This document shows positions 62,682-64,000 of a DNA stretch of 64,000 bases, piece after piece. Each line of letters opens with the position of its first letter. The stretch's first letter is position 1. The stretch is taken from the NCBI GenBank assembly GCA_046563655.1, contig CM102283.1:9920001-9984000 (forward strand), written 5' to 3'. The notes under the pieces are model-generated. The model had not been told where the DNA came from. It saw nothing but the letters and a program-made list of their open reading frames with translations, and did no database searches. This DNA is from Yuukianura sp. NJ FZ-2021. Lineage: Eukaryota. The translations under genes and the position numbers were made by a program.

Positions 62682-64000
62682 TTAAAACTAATTAAGTTTG
62701 AGCGGATTCTTTGCAGTTTACTTAAATTATTATAAATTACCTGTTGTTTGTAGTATTTTTTAAACATGCACGCCCATATGTTAAGGCATGAGTGGTGCAG
62801 AGTGAAAACTGTTTGTTAGACTGTTTATTTTTGTTCAATTTTTAAATTGAGTAGTTGGCGCCTTTGTTGTTCGGAAGGCGTCTTGTCACCTTATGAGGAT
62901 CAAAAACACTTTCAAGGAGAAAGTTGTTTCGCCAATTGGAAAGTTGTGCAAATTACTAACCATTTAACGGTTAATTTGGTACTCAAAATGGCGGTTGATC
63001 AGAGTGAAACAACTTTCACTAGAGTAGTCCATCTTTATTCACCACAAGAAACACATCTTTTAACATAACTTCCATTTTACACGCTTAGATTTTGATTAAA
63101 GTGAATTTTCAAACAGAAACTAAAACTAGGAAGAAAGTTGGTGAAAATAATGCAAGGAAAGTGAAACTGGAAAGCTTTCGCCCTTTGATTTTGTTTGGAC
63201 AAGAGAAAATTTATGGAGAATTTGTGTTTTGAGAGTGGACAAAAGTGAAACTGAGAATAAAGTGGAGTGAACTCACACAGTCTCTCCCTGTTCTCAGCAA
63301 CTTTCTGTGCTTTTCACACTCAAAAAATTCAACTTTTTCTGACGAAATGATGGTCAAAAGTCATCACAAATTACTTTTTACGCAAGTAAATTGTTTCAAC
63401 TGTAGTTTCTTTTTCTAGTAGAAAAAAGAAGCAATTTAGCAGCAATTTCCTCATTAATTGCCATTTTTAGCTCTGTTTTCTTTTAAATAACATGAAAAAT
63501 TTAATTTTTAACTTTCATAAGAAAGCACAAAGAAAGTTTGGAGAAAGAATTTAGAAAACCTGAAATTGAAAAGCTTTATAGAACTTTTATTTGGATTTAA
63601 CAAACGAAAGTGCATGGAGAAGATGTGTTTAGTCTCCAAAAATCAAAATAAAATTGAACGAGAGTCAACTCCAATAGATTCTGCTGGTTCTGCGGAACTT
63701 TCTCCGTTTTTTCACTCGAAAATGTTTGTTTTTTGGGGGGTTTGGAGTTGGGATGGTCCCTCCATGCATTTTTTCCATTGTCACCCCCTCACTCCCCCAA
63801 CATCCAACTCCAAAAGAGTAAAACACTCCTTCGTTCTACTCCTTTCGGCTTCATATAAAAGGGAAGCTCAAACAAATTCTTCTCATTCACTTTTGTGATC
63901 TCACGCGAGAAATGAAGGAAGAGGAGACATAGTTCCCTTATGTGAACAAACAGGATCTGTTTCTTCTTCATCTATTTCTAATTGCCATTTCTAATTAACT
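62682..64000 (-). mobile_element. Dispersed non-coding repeat, right (inverted) copy, truncated by window end
   Basis: Reverse complement of 47712-46312 (for example, 63961-64000 matches 46312-46351). It lacks the poly(A) insertion. Confidence 0.7.

Overview
Eukaryotic, AT-rich, compact-genome DNA, most likely an arthropod (mite/chelicerate-like by inference; not provable here), with many 55-90 nt GT-AG introns. The left ~27 kb holds extradenticle/PBX on the minus strand: six coding exons spread over long introns, with the 3' end outside the window. Then come GALT and a FAM20B-like glycan kinase. Next are a ~7.4 kb composite satellite block (about 90 near-identical 64-bp units, ~17 55-bp units, ~2.3 ~100-bp units) and one copy of a ~1.4 kb dispersed repeat. 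The second, inverted copy of that repeat lies at the right window edge. Between the two copies is a dense ~15 kb gene island: a WCGPC thioredoxin fused to an SHP box and a p47-type UBX domain (the most unusual protein here), a divergent alpha-crystallin-domain protein, EMC1, a PIERCE1/2-like gene, IscU, syndecan and Elp4. Notable non-coding signals: a cluster of Exd/Hth/Hox-type sites inside exd itself, a poly(A)+TSD retro-insertion, a GC-AG intron, a 24-nt microexon in the syndecan transmembrane segment, and a G/C-skew oscillation through the long introns. All gene models were spliced by hand; no database searches were run.
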